A stretch of DNA of 64,000 nt from Kudoa neothunni (taxonomy: Eukaryota; Animalia; Cnidaria): NCBI GenBank assembly GCA_964304625.1, contig OZ199838.1:13552802-13616801 (forward strand), written 5' to 3'. Shown here piece after piece: positions 37,537 to 50,057 of this stretch (within the stretch, counting starts at the first letter, position 1; every line of letters begins with the position of its first letter). A program made the translations under genes and the position numbers. The notes under the pieces were generated by a model. The model did no database searches, was not told where the DNA came from, and saw only the letters and a list, made by a program, of their open reading frames with translations.

Positions 37537-38486
37537 AGAACAACGGTTCATACTTCAACAAAAACTTAATATGTGTAGATGACATTTTTTATTTTATAAA
37601 ATTGAAATGTTTCTCTTTAAATTTATCACCTAAAATAATTGGTTTAACTCTAACATGTTTCATTCTTAAGTAATGCTTTTATCTATTTAATACTTTTGAT
37701 AAATGAAATAGTTTATGTTTATTATAAAAAATTAGTAGTTAAATAAAAATATCTAAAAATTTTTAGCCCCTTGAAATAGGATTTTTGTTTGTTTGTGCTC
37801 ACGGAATAAAGCCCGCGGTGTAGGTCGTTAGGATGCGAGGTTCCGGCTGCATTCACGGGGATGCTAGGTACTGCAGTTAGTCGCATCCAACCTCTCGTCT
37901 AATCCTTCTACAATAATCTAGGGAATCATCTAAATATTCTCTTCTCTAAGTGACTAACTTTTTCTAGATTTATCTCTTTAAGCTTCAAAGGCGGTAGCTC
38001 TGCATAAAATTATATTACCTAATATATCACAGATGGTTTAAGCATCTAGTTCAACTCTTTCCGTTGTGATGTATTTGCGCTCATCACAGTCAATTACAGA
38101 ATAAAGACACGCAGGGTGGAAACAACGGCTGTACCAGAGATGTGTTTGAACTCGCCATCTTCGAAATTACGATCAACTTTCTACACCATTTTCACTGTTT
38201 GATCAAGCATGTAGAAACTTGTTAAGCCATTTGTTAGCATTTAATAAACTCCAGTTGTGCCTGATAAGCTTAAACATCACAAGCCAATGAGGTTAGCCTA
38301 TGGACTAATAATAAAAAGATTGATTTGAATAGGGATGGAATTAATTAACTTATTGGAACAAATTTAATAATAAAAAATAAAAAATAAGTCTATTCCATTA
38401 TTATTTTTATTAATTATGGGCATAATCATGGAAATGATACTTTTAGCTAGGGTTGCCTCAATAGCAAAAAAATTCATGCCTTAAAA

Positions 38487-39083
38487 AAGCGGATCTCAAC
38501 GGTTTTTTCAAATTTACTCCCTTAAGTTGAAAGCCAGATTCATATCTACTTTAAGGTTTTATAATAGTTAAGTTAAGGCAGAGTTTGTTTTGACGGTAAA
38601 GTCTAAACCTAAAAGGCGTGTACGCATGTACAATTATTAGTCCCATCAACTCATACTCACAAGTTGTCTACAGATTTAACTTTTTAGATTTTGCCAAATT
38701 CAATTATTTCTGACTCATTCCTTCGCTCTTATGGGCCAGAAATAATTAAAAGTAGTCAAAAGTAGTGGCACCTAAATATTATTTACCATGCAAATATCCA
38801 CTGTAATTACAATTATTAGGTTACATCACTAAAAGATAAACGAGTCATAAAATAAAGAGATTGATAGCATCTTTATAAATAGTTGTTAAGTAATTATTCC
38901 TAAAAACATTTTAAGCATTTCTGCCAACTTCTTATTGGGTTTTATAGTCCTGAATAATATAATTTCTTAGAAATCCTTAAGTATACCACAAACTCCAGTA
39001 TGCAAATATTGCCTCTGTCCAATTTTGATGGTACTTAATTTATCTCCTATCATTTAAAATTTACCCCCTGTTGAGAACCACTG
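38487..39083. mobile_element. hAT MITE, second copy of the NDUFA12-intron family
   Basis: Ends AAGCGGATCTCAAC / GTTGAGAACCACTG. Shares the block AGAGATTGATAG...CTGAATAATATAA..CTTAGAAAT with ~15695-15810. Confidence 0.65.
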
Positions 39084-39813
39084 CCTAAACACAATATAAT
39101 AGATATATTCTTCTTTAAATTAAATCAAATTTTAAAAATACCCAATATTATTGATAATTAGAATAATTTGTTTATTATTCTCTCTACAGATTTCACTTAC
39201 GAATAGAAAGGAACTTTTATAAAATTATAAATAATTTTAAACTCTATTATAAAATAAAATTTATTTTATTTTTCAATAAATTAAATATCATTATTGTAAT
39301 CAAATGAAATTTTAAAGAGTAATTTTCATCTCACCCAATGACTAAATGATTAATTAAAACTTTCCTTTCTTCGTATCTAATTAAAAAAAATTAAATAATT
39401 AATCATACAAACTAGATTATTCGATTCTAACTAAATTAAAATCTCAATGCCGGACATTCGCGCAATCGTCCCTCGATATCGATGATTGCAGAAACCGTTA
39501 GTATCTACAATACTTTTAAAAGGTGACATTAGCACAAACATATTTTAATATTTTTATCTATCATCTCATTTACGAATCACACATGTTTCACGGTAGTTAA
39601 AATCTCATAAATTCTGGAAATAATAACCTTTCCTTGTCGTAATGATTTATGGAAACATATAAACAAGATCATTACAAAACCAAAATCCATCCCAAACTAC
39701 TGAAATGAGACAATTATAAACACCCCCATCTCAATGTCATGATGAAACTCTATATTCGAAAACCTACACTCCCCTTAATCCTAACCCCAAATATTGCTAT
39801 ATTGGATATAATA

Positions 39814-41792
39814 CAGTCGAACCTGGATATTGTGTAATTTGTTTCCGTTCCACAAAAATTACGCAATAGGGAGGTTTTATGCAATACAGGGTATTGGCGG
39901 AAGATCATTACGTGTAAAAAACAAAAATTTATTCGGGGTTAAAATAAAAAATAATTGGTCATTTCAATTTGTTTGCACCAATCTTTGATTATTTCAGATA
40001 TGAACTCCATGACTGGGTGTGTTTTTAAAATAATGCTGTTGAGTTTTCTAACATAAAAGTTTTATGATAAAATTAATTGAATATTTGAGTTCCGCAGTTG
40101 ACACAAGCGCTTTATCGTTTACAAAGTTTGGGGCGATATTTTTTTAATCTATCGGCTGTATACGATCCAGATAAAACTAATGATTCTTCATGTATTTTTT
40201 TCCTCTTCTTCAATGTTGTCGATTTCGTCACGTTTTTTATCCAAAACTTGAAGTTGATAAACAATTAAATAGTGTGACGAAATTTTATACATTATTTTCA
40301 GAAAAATCTTGATTCAAGTTTTCATTATCTAATAATGTTTAATTTAATATATTGAAGGATCAAAATACAATGTTCAAAAAGTCTAGATTCTCTTAAGCAA
40401 TTTTGAATGATAGTCTATGATACGTTTTCCAATGCATGTTTTCAAGTTTTAATAAAACCAAAACGGTATACTTAAATAAATTTGAATTATCCGTATTTAC
40501 TTTGTTGCACTCTTCGTACTCTAGTGAATTTTTCGGAAATTTCCCAACAAAATTAATCACAGTTTGAGTATTTACATTGTTAGTTTTACCATGAAATATT
40601 TTTACAATTAATCCCAAATCTACGTTTAAATCCCACAAACCAACCGTTACTACCGGTGAATTTGTCTATGCTTATGGATTTAGCGTTATTTCTGTCTTTT
40701 CCACGATGACATAAACAGGGACAACCTTTTTTTCATTCGCACTTTAGTTATCCACGTAAAAACTAAACTATCTAACACTGTGTATTTGTTTTGTTTTCTT
40801 TTTTTTTGAAGCCGAAATAGAATTAATAATATCATTCGAAAAGCTAAAATTCAATTAATAGTAGAATGTCTTGCAAATACATTATATTGGGGTTGGATAA
40901 TTTTATTTAATTAGATGGCTTGGGATGTTCAAAGTCATTTCTTTTTCTCCTTTGAATGATTTAATCGAATTGTAATATTCGAAAATCTCATTTTTTTCAG
41001 CTACTGTTCGCTGATTCCTTGTCATTTTTGTTTTGCAGAATTCGAAAAGAAGATTAATTGAGGAATAACAAAATTTTTTATGTAAGACATTAATATTTAT
41101 ATTTTTAATGATGAATCCTATTCGGATTATATCATGCAGCAACGCTTCCCAACTAAAATTAGACTCGCACCCGCTTGCATACGATAAGATGTAGCCGACT
41201 CAAAATTTATCAAACATTATTTTCTGTTGTGATCGGATCTCGCACCCCCAAGCCCACAGTTCACACCTTTACGGGTGCGGGAACCATTGTCATGCAGGGT
41301 TTAAACATTTGCGATATTGAACGGCAACACGTTAGATTGTTTCACATGACACGATTACATGATTACTCAGTAAACATTGTCGCACATTATTAGAAAATTT
41401 AAACTTCATTTCAAAATATATTTTGAAATATGAAGTAATTAATTGTGAGTGTTCGTGCCAAAACATCGCAATCATACGACGATAAATTTAATGTCTGGAG
41501 ACGTAATTATTGAATTGGAAGAAGATTAAAAACTTTCATAGGAATGGTTCTATTTTTGGTTGTACTTTAAAGTAGTGTTTTTCTCGACCTTGGGATTTTT
41601 TCAGAACTCCGCTGGCACCTCTGCACAATAACGAGATATCTTATATTTATACTTCTCTAATAAAACATTTTTATCCTGTTTGCTCCGGTAATACCAATTT
41701 AAATAATATACAACCAAAGTGTAGGCAAACAATCAAAATATCCCTTATATTTCAATAAACTTGTGAAATCACGCAATCTCCAGCTTCGTCTG
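39814..41792 (-). mobile_element. Degenerate pogo/Tigger (Tc1-mariner) transposon
   Basis: TA-flanked TIRs CAGTCGAACCTGGATATTGTGTAATTT and the reverse complement CAGACGAAGCTGGAGATTGCGTGATTT. CENP-B-like fragments MTRNQRTVAEKNEI, LDSLVFTWI and NGWFVGFKRRFGI. Confidence 0.75.
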
Positions 41793-41905
41793 TATATCTG
41801 ATACCTCAGTGCGCCGCAAAGTTGGTACAAAACAAAAAAAATCGATTAAGAATAATCATATCATATGTCAAAAAGCTATATATTGGCCTAATGATAAATT
41901 GAGCA

Positions 41906-42465
41906 CTAACGATATGATTTCTGGTAGCGAGCCCTAGCACCAGGTCCACCGAATTTCTTAGCTTCACACAATCTTGGGTCGGCCACTAGAAGACTTCTAT
42001 CGTATGCCAATATTACACTTTTGACAGCGGCCTTTCTGGTTTCATCAACGTCTAACCCAAAAACCATACAGAAGGAGTCTATTATTAAAAAACATACATT
42101 TTTGAAGGAAAGCAACAAGACCACGAGCAATAGCCTGTCTAACAGCATACACTTGTGCGGTTTGACCACCACCACGTACTCTAATATGAATATCTAAATC
42201 TTTGAAGTATTCACGTCCAAGCAAATGGATGGGTTCTTCAGCCTATTTTGTTATTAATTCATTAGTTCAAATTAGCTTTAACTGTAATGGTAGACTGTAC
42301 TTTATCTCTTAGGATTTCTGGTTGGACTAATTTAAGAGGTCTGCCATTAATTCTAATAACACCAGTTCCTTCTTTACAAACCGCAAGAGCAGTTGCTGTC
42401 TTTTTACGTCCATAGACCTGAACGCGTTTCAACTGTGATTTAGGAGCACCAACCGAAGTAGCCAT
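41906..42465 (-). CDS. RPS16: 40S ribosomal protein S16 (uS9), 3 exons
   Basis: Exons 42465-42301, 42242-~42098, ~42051-41906. [57 protein letters not shown]. Confidence 0.97.
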
Positions 42466-43144
42466 TGTGAACACGTTTGGAGTACGAAAGTTTTTGCCGA
42501 TGAAATCCGATAGCCAACGAAAATACGAATTCCTTAAATTCGACTGAGAGCCTAAGTTATTGTCGTATTCCAGCAAAAATAATTAGACTCGTTTAGAAAA
42601 TCCTAATAATATTCTATAATATTTAGAATGATTAAAATTCAGTATTCAACTACTGAGATATGATCAGTCTAATATTTATCTAGTTTTTTGGATACTTATA
42701 AATTATTTTGTATTAAATAAGAATTAAACTGAGTATTCTATTATATGTGTTACAATAGGTTGAAGTCATTTCTTTTTGAAAATTAAAGTTATGTTGTGCT
42801 TGCGCAAAAAACAACAAAATATATTTACATTATTTCTATAAAATTAATTCATTTCATTAAATAGAATTAAAAATAAAATAATTTAATTAATGAAACTATG
42901 GAAATTTGAAGTTTTGGGCGAATATTTTGTTGGAGATAGGATGTATGTTACCTTTTCACATAATCGAATAGCACAGAGAATGAATGATACATTTATACAC
43001 AATAATAAACTGTTTATTTTTCCAGTTTGATATTTTATAAAATTATATTTGTATTGTGATATCATGGAGACATAATTTTGTGGATTTATAAATATTTCTA
43101 AACATCAGCTAATGATCCTTTATAATTTAGTACGAAGATTAGAA

Positions 43145-45653
43145 TCAAATAAGCCTATAAATATAAGTATAACAAAAAAGTGTACGTTTTAAGCGATTCT
43201 TTCTGATAGAAGGCTCAATAATGTAAGTGACATTTAGTGGATCATTGTTATCCCGATTTTCGGTGGCTGTTTGCCATTTTGTAATTTTTGAAATTTTTAG
43301 AGTTTTATTGAATTTGATGTTTCTAAATGAAATGACATTGTAGAAATAGGTGTAGGAGAAAGAGACAAACTTGTAGACATTTTTGCTGATGTGGATCTTG
43401 TTTGAAGGGGCTGCTTGCTCCAGTTTACTTGCATAATGAACTGTCTTACCAAATATGCAGAATCGGGGTGATCGTAAACCAACAATTCCGGCAATTACGG
43501 GCCCCGAATAAACACCAATTCTAATCTAAAATCACAAAAATAACTCAAAACACATTATTGAGAAATACTTTGATTGGGTGGTCGGAAGTGATTTTCAGGT
43601 TGGAAATCGTATCAATCATTTTCAACCCACATTTGATTATTCTTGAAAATTTTGTTCCTTTGCATTGGATACCAGAAGCTACCATATAACCGTCACCACT
43701 AGTTTCAATCTAAAATGTCAACAAAATCATTATAATGAAGAATGTTTTGTTGATGGGTCGAGAAAAATCTATAAATGTACTTTAGTTAGATTGTATTGAC
43801 TACAGAATGCATCAAATTCGCCAAAGATTGTTCTCAGCATGGAAATAATTTCAATAGGAGTGTGATGGTTCGAGTAGGTGGTAAAAGATACCAGATCTGA
43901 GCACAGTAGTACGATTTCTTTGTAGTTGACCGCGTTGATAGATGAGCCATTGATTAGTTTTGAGGAGAAATCGTTTGGATAGATATCTCGTATAATTTCC
44001 TCGGTTTTAATACATTCACTGGCAAGATCATGCTTTATTCTAAAATTTAGAAAAGATTAATTTAATTTTGGTGGGAAATCCTGAATTATGTGTGATTAGA
44101 TTAATCAACATAACAAAAACAAATTGTCAAATTTGCCACTTAACGCTGTGATAAATTAATAAATGTATATACTGTTCAAGTTTGTTAGTGAGAACCGTAA
44201 GTTTCTCCGAGTAGCTTTTCTCATGTCTAATACTATTCATCAGTATTATGGCATCTCGGGCGCCATTTTGAATTGGTAGATCACTAATATAGAGACCATT
44301 ATCGTACAACTGATTGATATCATTAAAATGTGGATATCCAATAAACCTACACAATGGGTAAGAATAAGATATCAATACATGAAATATTCCGTTACCAGTA
44401 ATTTTGAGTGTCTTCTTTAAAAGCAAGCTGTCCCTTAATTTTCAAGTCGTGACATTTTAAAAAATTGATGTCATTTGAGGGTCTGCAATGGTTGGAGCTG
44501 GTGACGGTTAGTAGTACGTTTGGTTTTGGTTTAATTAGGATTGATACGTTAACATATTTTTTAATATCCGAAATTTTGGTGATATCAAATTTTGGAAAGA
44601 TTATTTGAAACGCATCGATAAATGTGATATTTTTGTTGTTGATAATGTGTGTTAACGCGTGCTCTAATAATGGCCCCAATTCCAAAATCACACCTATATG
44701 CAAAAATATAAGGTAGAATTTAACGGCTCAATTGCACAAAAATTGTCCTTACCTTCGGCATTAAATAACACATATCCAGGCACGGCGTTGTTGATGAAAT
44801 TTTTATCTACCAGGTCGTTGACCAAGGTGGTGGTTACTGGATCCAAACTGGCGGTGTTGGAGATTGGAGCGAACTTTTGGTTAATTCGTATGCTAAAAGA
44901 TTGATTTTCGGTAGTCCAAGGTTTTACCACCACACACTTGGGTTTTCTATTGAACACCAACCAGTTACATTGTTTGACAAATCCTAAAAAAACATTCTAC
45001 CACGAATAGCTCCAATGTCAACTTGATAATCTACTAATTTGGTAGTTACCTGATAGAAAAAGTGACCACATTTAACTTGTAATATATAATTCTGAAATGA
45101 CTCTTCATAGCACACAAACAAAATATCACTGTCTTCACGTATCTCGGGAAATAATCGATTGATATTGTTTTTCATTTCATAAAAATTATTTATAAACTCC
45201 ACTATATCTCTACCCAATACAAACATCCTATCGGGAGCGTTTTCCACCAAAAATATGGCTAAATATTTCCCCACCTTCTCGTAAATTTGACTTTTGTCTT
45301 TTTCTATAATAATTCACATAACTTTAGATTATGTAAATCATATACTTAACGATTTCGCCACTAAATCAACAGCAACTATAAACATGGATGGTTTTATGAG
45401 TGAGAGTTTTTCTATTTTAAAGTTTTGTATCATATCTAATATTTTTTTCATATCAAACTCTTCAGTGTTGGTGTTAGTTTTTCTAGTTTTTATATAAAAA
45501 TAATTTAAAATGACTTCTATTTTGGTTTTATTTTACATGAACTTATTCCACAGTTTTTCCTTCCCTTTTTTCCACAGATAATAATAGAGATTAATCAAAA
45601 ATATATTGAGCTAACAGATTGTATAGAACAACTTCGTAGTAAAAAGTTACCAT
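43145..45653 (-). CDS. Soluble guanylate cyclase, alpha-subunit-like (pseudo-H-NOX, PAS/HNOBA, coiled coil, cyclase)
   Basis: VLGRDIVEFINNF (H-NOX), LKIKGQL and GLYISDLPIQNGARD (HNOBA), LCSDLVSFT, IETSGDGYM and IRIGVYSGPVIAGIVGLRSPRFCIFG (cyclase). Terminal exons uncertain. Confidence 0.85.
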
Positions 45654-46290
45654 TTTATTATGATTGTTTTCATCTACGTGGGTGAACTTTTTTGGACTTT
45701 AACATTAAGCTGAATCCGTATTATTTGGCTAGGTAACTATAAAATAGGGATTATATTCAGGCTGATTATTTTTCGGGCCTTATACTGAGTAATGAGTGGA
45801 TTTTTTGTCCACCACACCAAAATCTACTAGGTAACAACATTAATTTCAATTAGGTTATATATTTGCGTTATGAAATTTAGTTGTTACAGTGCTATTTGAA
45901 ATCGGTTCAACAATACTCCTCTCGCAAAACTCCGCTCAAAGACTCTTCATTAAACTCATTTACACCTTTCTGCTAAGTCTAATATTATATTTGTAGAAAA
46001 AATACTGTTTATTATTTTAATCGAAAATACCTTGCAATTTTATAGAATTTTAATCGTTAATAAATTGATAATCATTGTTATGATTATTATTTCAAGATTA
46101 ACCATACGAAGGTACGATTATATTCAATTATTTATGCATTAATGTAATTAGTTTTTATTATGATTCTTTATTTGATGGGTTCAAACTATTTTTTAATATA
46201 ATAACTAAAATCCTCAGAATACGTTTTCTCATTTTATTTTATCACCAAACAAAGCAAATAAACGTTTTTTAATAGTGGCCAAATTTGTTT

Positions 46291-46640
46291 TTAACCCTTT
46301 CATGCATACTTTTTTGTTTGCGGTCTAAAGATGATATATTGCGTAAAAATAGTTAGTTATGTGGATTCAAAAAATAAAAATGCTCAAGCTAATTTTTATT
46401 AGCTATTATAATCGAATTACAACAGAATTAAATAAAAATCTTATTCTAATGTATCATGCACACTCAAAAATTCTACAATGTCATTCGAATGCATTGAGAA
46501 TTTATTTTGTACCTGATTTGTAAACAATGGCTAAATATAATCAATATGTTTACATCGACCAATAGTTGTGTACATGCGCGTAAATGTTGATGTCAACTTT
46601 TCATTTTTGAAATTATTCTATATCTAACGAACGTTTAAAT
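46291..46640 (+). mobile_element. piggyBac-type MITE end, copy 2
   Basis: Starts TTAA-CCCTTTCATGC; homologous to the reverse complement of 18040-18339. Confidence 0.65.
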
Positions 46641-46682
46641 TTAAAGCTCTTAAAATTAGGTTCAACAGATTAATATTTCATA

Positions 46683-46889
46683 GGAAGTTGTTATTGGCAC
46701 GGTAAATAATATTCGAGGGACACTAGTTTTCACTATATATAATTATTTTTGGCTACTAAGAATTAAGCGGTGGGCCAAAAATAATTCCGTAAACAGTTTT
46801 TAAGTATGAGTTGGTGAGATTAAAAATTACAATAGCACGTGTGTACATACATTTCAGGACTAAATTTTCCTATGCCAAAAGCCACCTCC
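46683..46889. mobile_element. GG...CC MITE with a 3-bp ATA TSD (Harbinger- or Zator-like)
   Basis: GGAAGTTGTTATTGGCA ... TGCCAAAAGCCACCTCC, flanked by ATA on both sides. Confidence 0.65.
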
Positions 46890-47964
46890 ATAAATGTTTC
46901 CCTTATATATTAACTTTAAAATAATACAGAAAATAAAATAATTGTTGTTTTTATGAAGCAGTTACAAATTTATTCAACTTTTTATTTTATGTCGCGCATT
47001 TTTGGTGGCAATTGCAAGGTGTCTTTCGGTTGCGTGACTCCCCCTACTCCCGATTGATTTTATTTAATTAATATTTTTTATATGGAATATATTTAGTGAA
47101 TGGCATAAAAGTTAATATAAATGCCAAAAATAATATTTTCTTGTTAGTTAACAGAGCAATTGTAAAAATATTTAGTATCGTCGTTGCTAATTAATAATCG
47201 GAATAATTATAGATATATACGTTAAATATGACTAACGATAAACAATCCCATTAAGATATCTAACCAATGTTATATTAATTTGGAACAATTTAATTTATAT
47301 TCTCGTTTCATTAATTCTTTTTCTAAATTTACTTATTTCATGTAAATGAAGATTTACCTATGAATATTGTTTTTAATGGCAGAATCACATCAGCAAAAAT
47401 AAGAATATTTTTACTATATTATTAACTAGGTGGGTTCGAAAAATCGATGAATCAGTCAATTTTACTTTGATTTATCGATAAAAATGTTAGATTATCGTTA
47501 ATCAGAGTTATATCCAAAAAATGTGTGTGGGTCACGCTGGTATACTCTGTAACGAGCTATACCTACGACATGACTGGATCCAATAAATTGTATATTATTG
47601 TGAGATTAACATCATATGCCATAAAAACAGGTTGTACAGATAATCCAAACAGTTTAACCGTAACACAGATGGTTTGGTCGATGGATAAGTTTAACTTAGT
47701 TCGATTGTAAAGTATATGGAAGTATGAGCGACTCTGAAGTGATCCAGTATTACAACTAAAAAGTTATATCAGGATGCTTTAATTTTATAAATATATTGGT
47801 CATTTTTCAATATCTAAATGCAAAATTTTCTCCAGGCTCAGAGTTAAAGTAGAGCGTATATTGAATGAAATAAACATACTGTAAGATGCAATCGATCAGC
47901 TTGAGAATATTTTAGAGGATTGAAACTGTTACTGCTTGACATATATATAACTAATTAATAATTA

Positions 47965-49456
47965 TATATCCTATGGTTTTATTCATTTTAAAATATTGAC
48001 TGACCAAAAAAAATAAAAAATTCAATTCTTGAAAGTTACTAAAAATCACGCTTCGGCATCAATCGACCGTCGCGCATATCAACGTGCACACATGATTGCT
48101 CCTGTTTTTGACGCAATTAACCTTCAAAAGCATACAAATTTTAATAATTTTTAAATTTACATCATTTTTACATTCATTGAAAAGCGTCTGGCAGGTATTA
48201 TTTATTGGAGCTAACGTTCAGATTTTATTCAGCTATGTTATTGCACTTTTTAAACGTCGATTTTGCAATTGACTTGAATAATACTTCAGAATAGTATAAT
48301 ATAATTCATTTTTTAGTTTATATATTATTTTCATATGCCTTAATACTAAGTCTAGCCAGTTAATCGAAATAATATATTAAAGTATTAAAATGCATGATGG
48401 AATCAAGAAACATATGAATGAAAATACATTATAGGCAAATAATTATGCCATGAATAATTTAATTTTAAATTATATTTTCGCAATATTTTGTAATGTTTCA
48501 CATTATTTTGGGATATTGTTTATGAAGGCGTTAATTGACCAGGATTCTTTTACGTATCAAATTTCCATTTAAACAATATGGCCATTGCCAATTTATTTTT
48601 CTCGGTTGCTCTTATTGCGCCACCTTAGATATAGATATTCGTCAACTCCAACTATTTTATTAGCTCAACCCCAATTCTCTCTTCGTTGAAACATTCCACA
48701 GCCAATATTTTCCAATATTAAGAACTAAACGATCAATATTTTTTCTAAAATTTATGTTAGTGCTGTCAATATACATCTGTATTCTTCAATACATCAAATA
48801 GAGATTAATTAAATAAGTGAGATACTGTCAATTTCGTCTGAAAATAAATATTAAAATTAATTTAAACATATGTATGTGTATTTTTCCATCTCATTTTTAA
48901 ATAAATCAGTCTAAGTATTGTTGTTGCCTTTTTATTACATGCAGACATAGTGTTGTATCTGAAATAATTTCCCCATACATCAGCGTTTTTCTCTATCCTT
49001 TACCAGATAGGTAAACAAATAATGTATTCATGAGGAACAAAATGCGGTAAAATTGAAGCTGAGTTATAAAGTCCGCCATGATGATAGAGTTATATTGAAA
49101 CAGATTAACGTAATGATGTATAAATTTATCATTATAAATCTTTTAAGAAATATGACAAACTACTTTCAATACTAATATTTATCCAAAATAAAAATATTAC
49201 GTATTATTCCTTTTTGTGTATAACACTTTATTTAAAATGAAATTTTTCCAATGAACGTAAAAAAGATATAGATTTAAAAATTATAAAAGTTGTGTACTTT
49301 TGGAGGATAATTACGTCAAAACAGGAGCGAAAATGTGTGCGCGCTGATATGCGCGACAGTCCATAGGTGCCGAAGCGTGATTTTTATTAACATTCAAGAA
49401 TCGAATTTTTTATCGGTCAGCCAATATTTTAAAAATGAGTTAATCCATGGGATATA
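47965..49456. mobile_element. Unclassified foldback element with ~220-bp imperfect TIRs
   Basis: 47965-48183 is the imperfect reverse complement of ~49243-49456 (e.g. AAAAATCACGCTTCGGCA / TGCCGAAGCGTGATTTTT; GTCGCGCATATCA / TGATATGCGCGAC). Confidence 0.8.
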
Positions 49457-50057
49457 AGAATCGGGACTTTGTGCATTCGCGAACATGCTGAAATTTTGGA
49501 GCTGGATACTTCCCCGTTACCAAGATGTAATAGAGTTGCTTGGGTTTTTAAACAATACAAGAGCTACATGATTGATATGGGAAAAATCGAAGATAATGTG
49601 ACTAAAATCTACTATATAAAACAAACCGGTAATCCATGTGCGTGTCTACGCATTTTTCATCTTTTGTAGAGAGACATACCGCTCCATTTGAGCACACATA
49701 CGGAAAGATCAAATTTTATTTTTAAAACAGAAAAATACGTAAAAATTATAAAAGATTTTCATCCTACAAAATGACTAAAACATTTTCGCGTGATATGATT
49801 GGAGGATTTATGCAAACTATAGATCATTTCGTTGAAGTTTTAAAAGTTAATTTTATAGTAAAATAAACACTATTTTACGTTTAAAATTATTTTTCAACAA
49901 TTTAATAATTGAATTAGTTCAAATAAGGAAGGTAATATTAGGTTATGTAGCCAAACATTAATATGAAATTCATTTGTTGATGTTTAACAAAGTTAGTGTA
50001 ATTCATATGGTATGATTTAGAGATTACTGTGAACAACAAAGAGAGAATCGATATTTA

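Noticed and set aside
45660-45990. Plus-strand exon-like segments divergent from the guanylate cyclase
   Set aside because: Splice-like sites are present, but I found no consistent ATG-initiated ORF or recognisable product.
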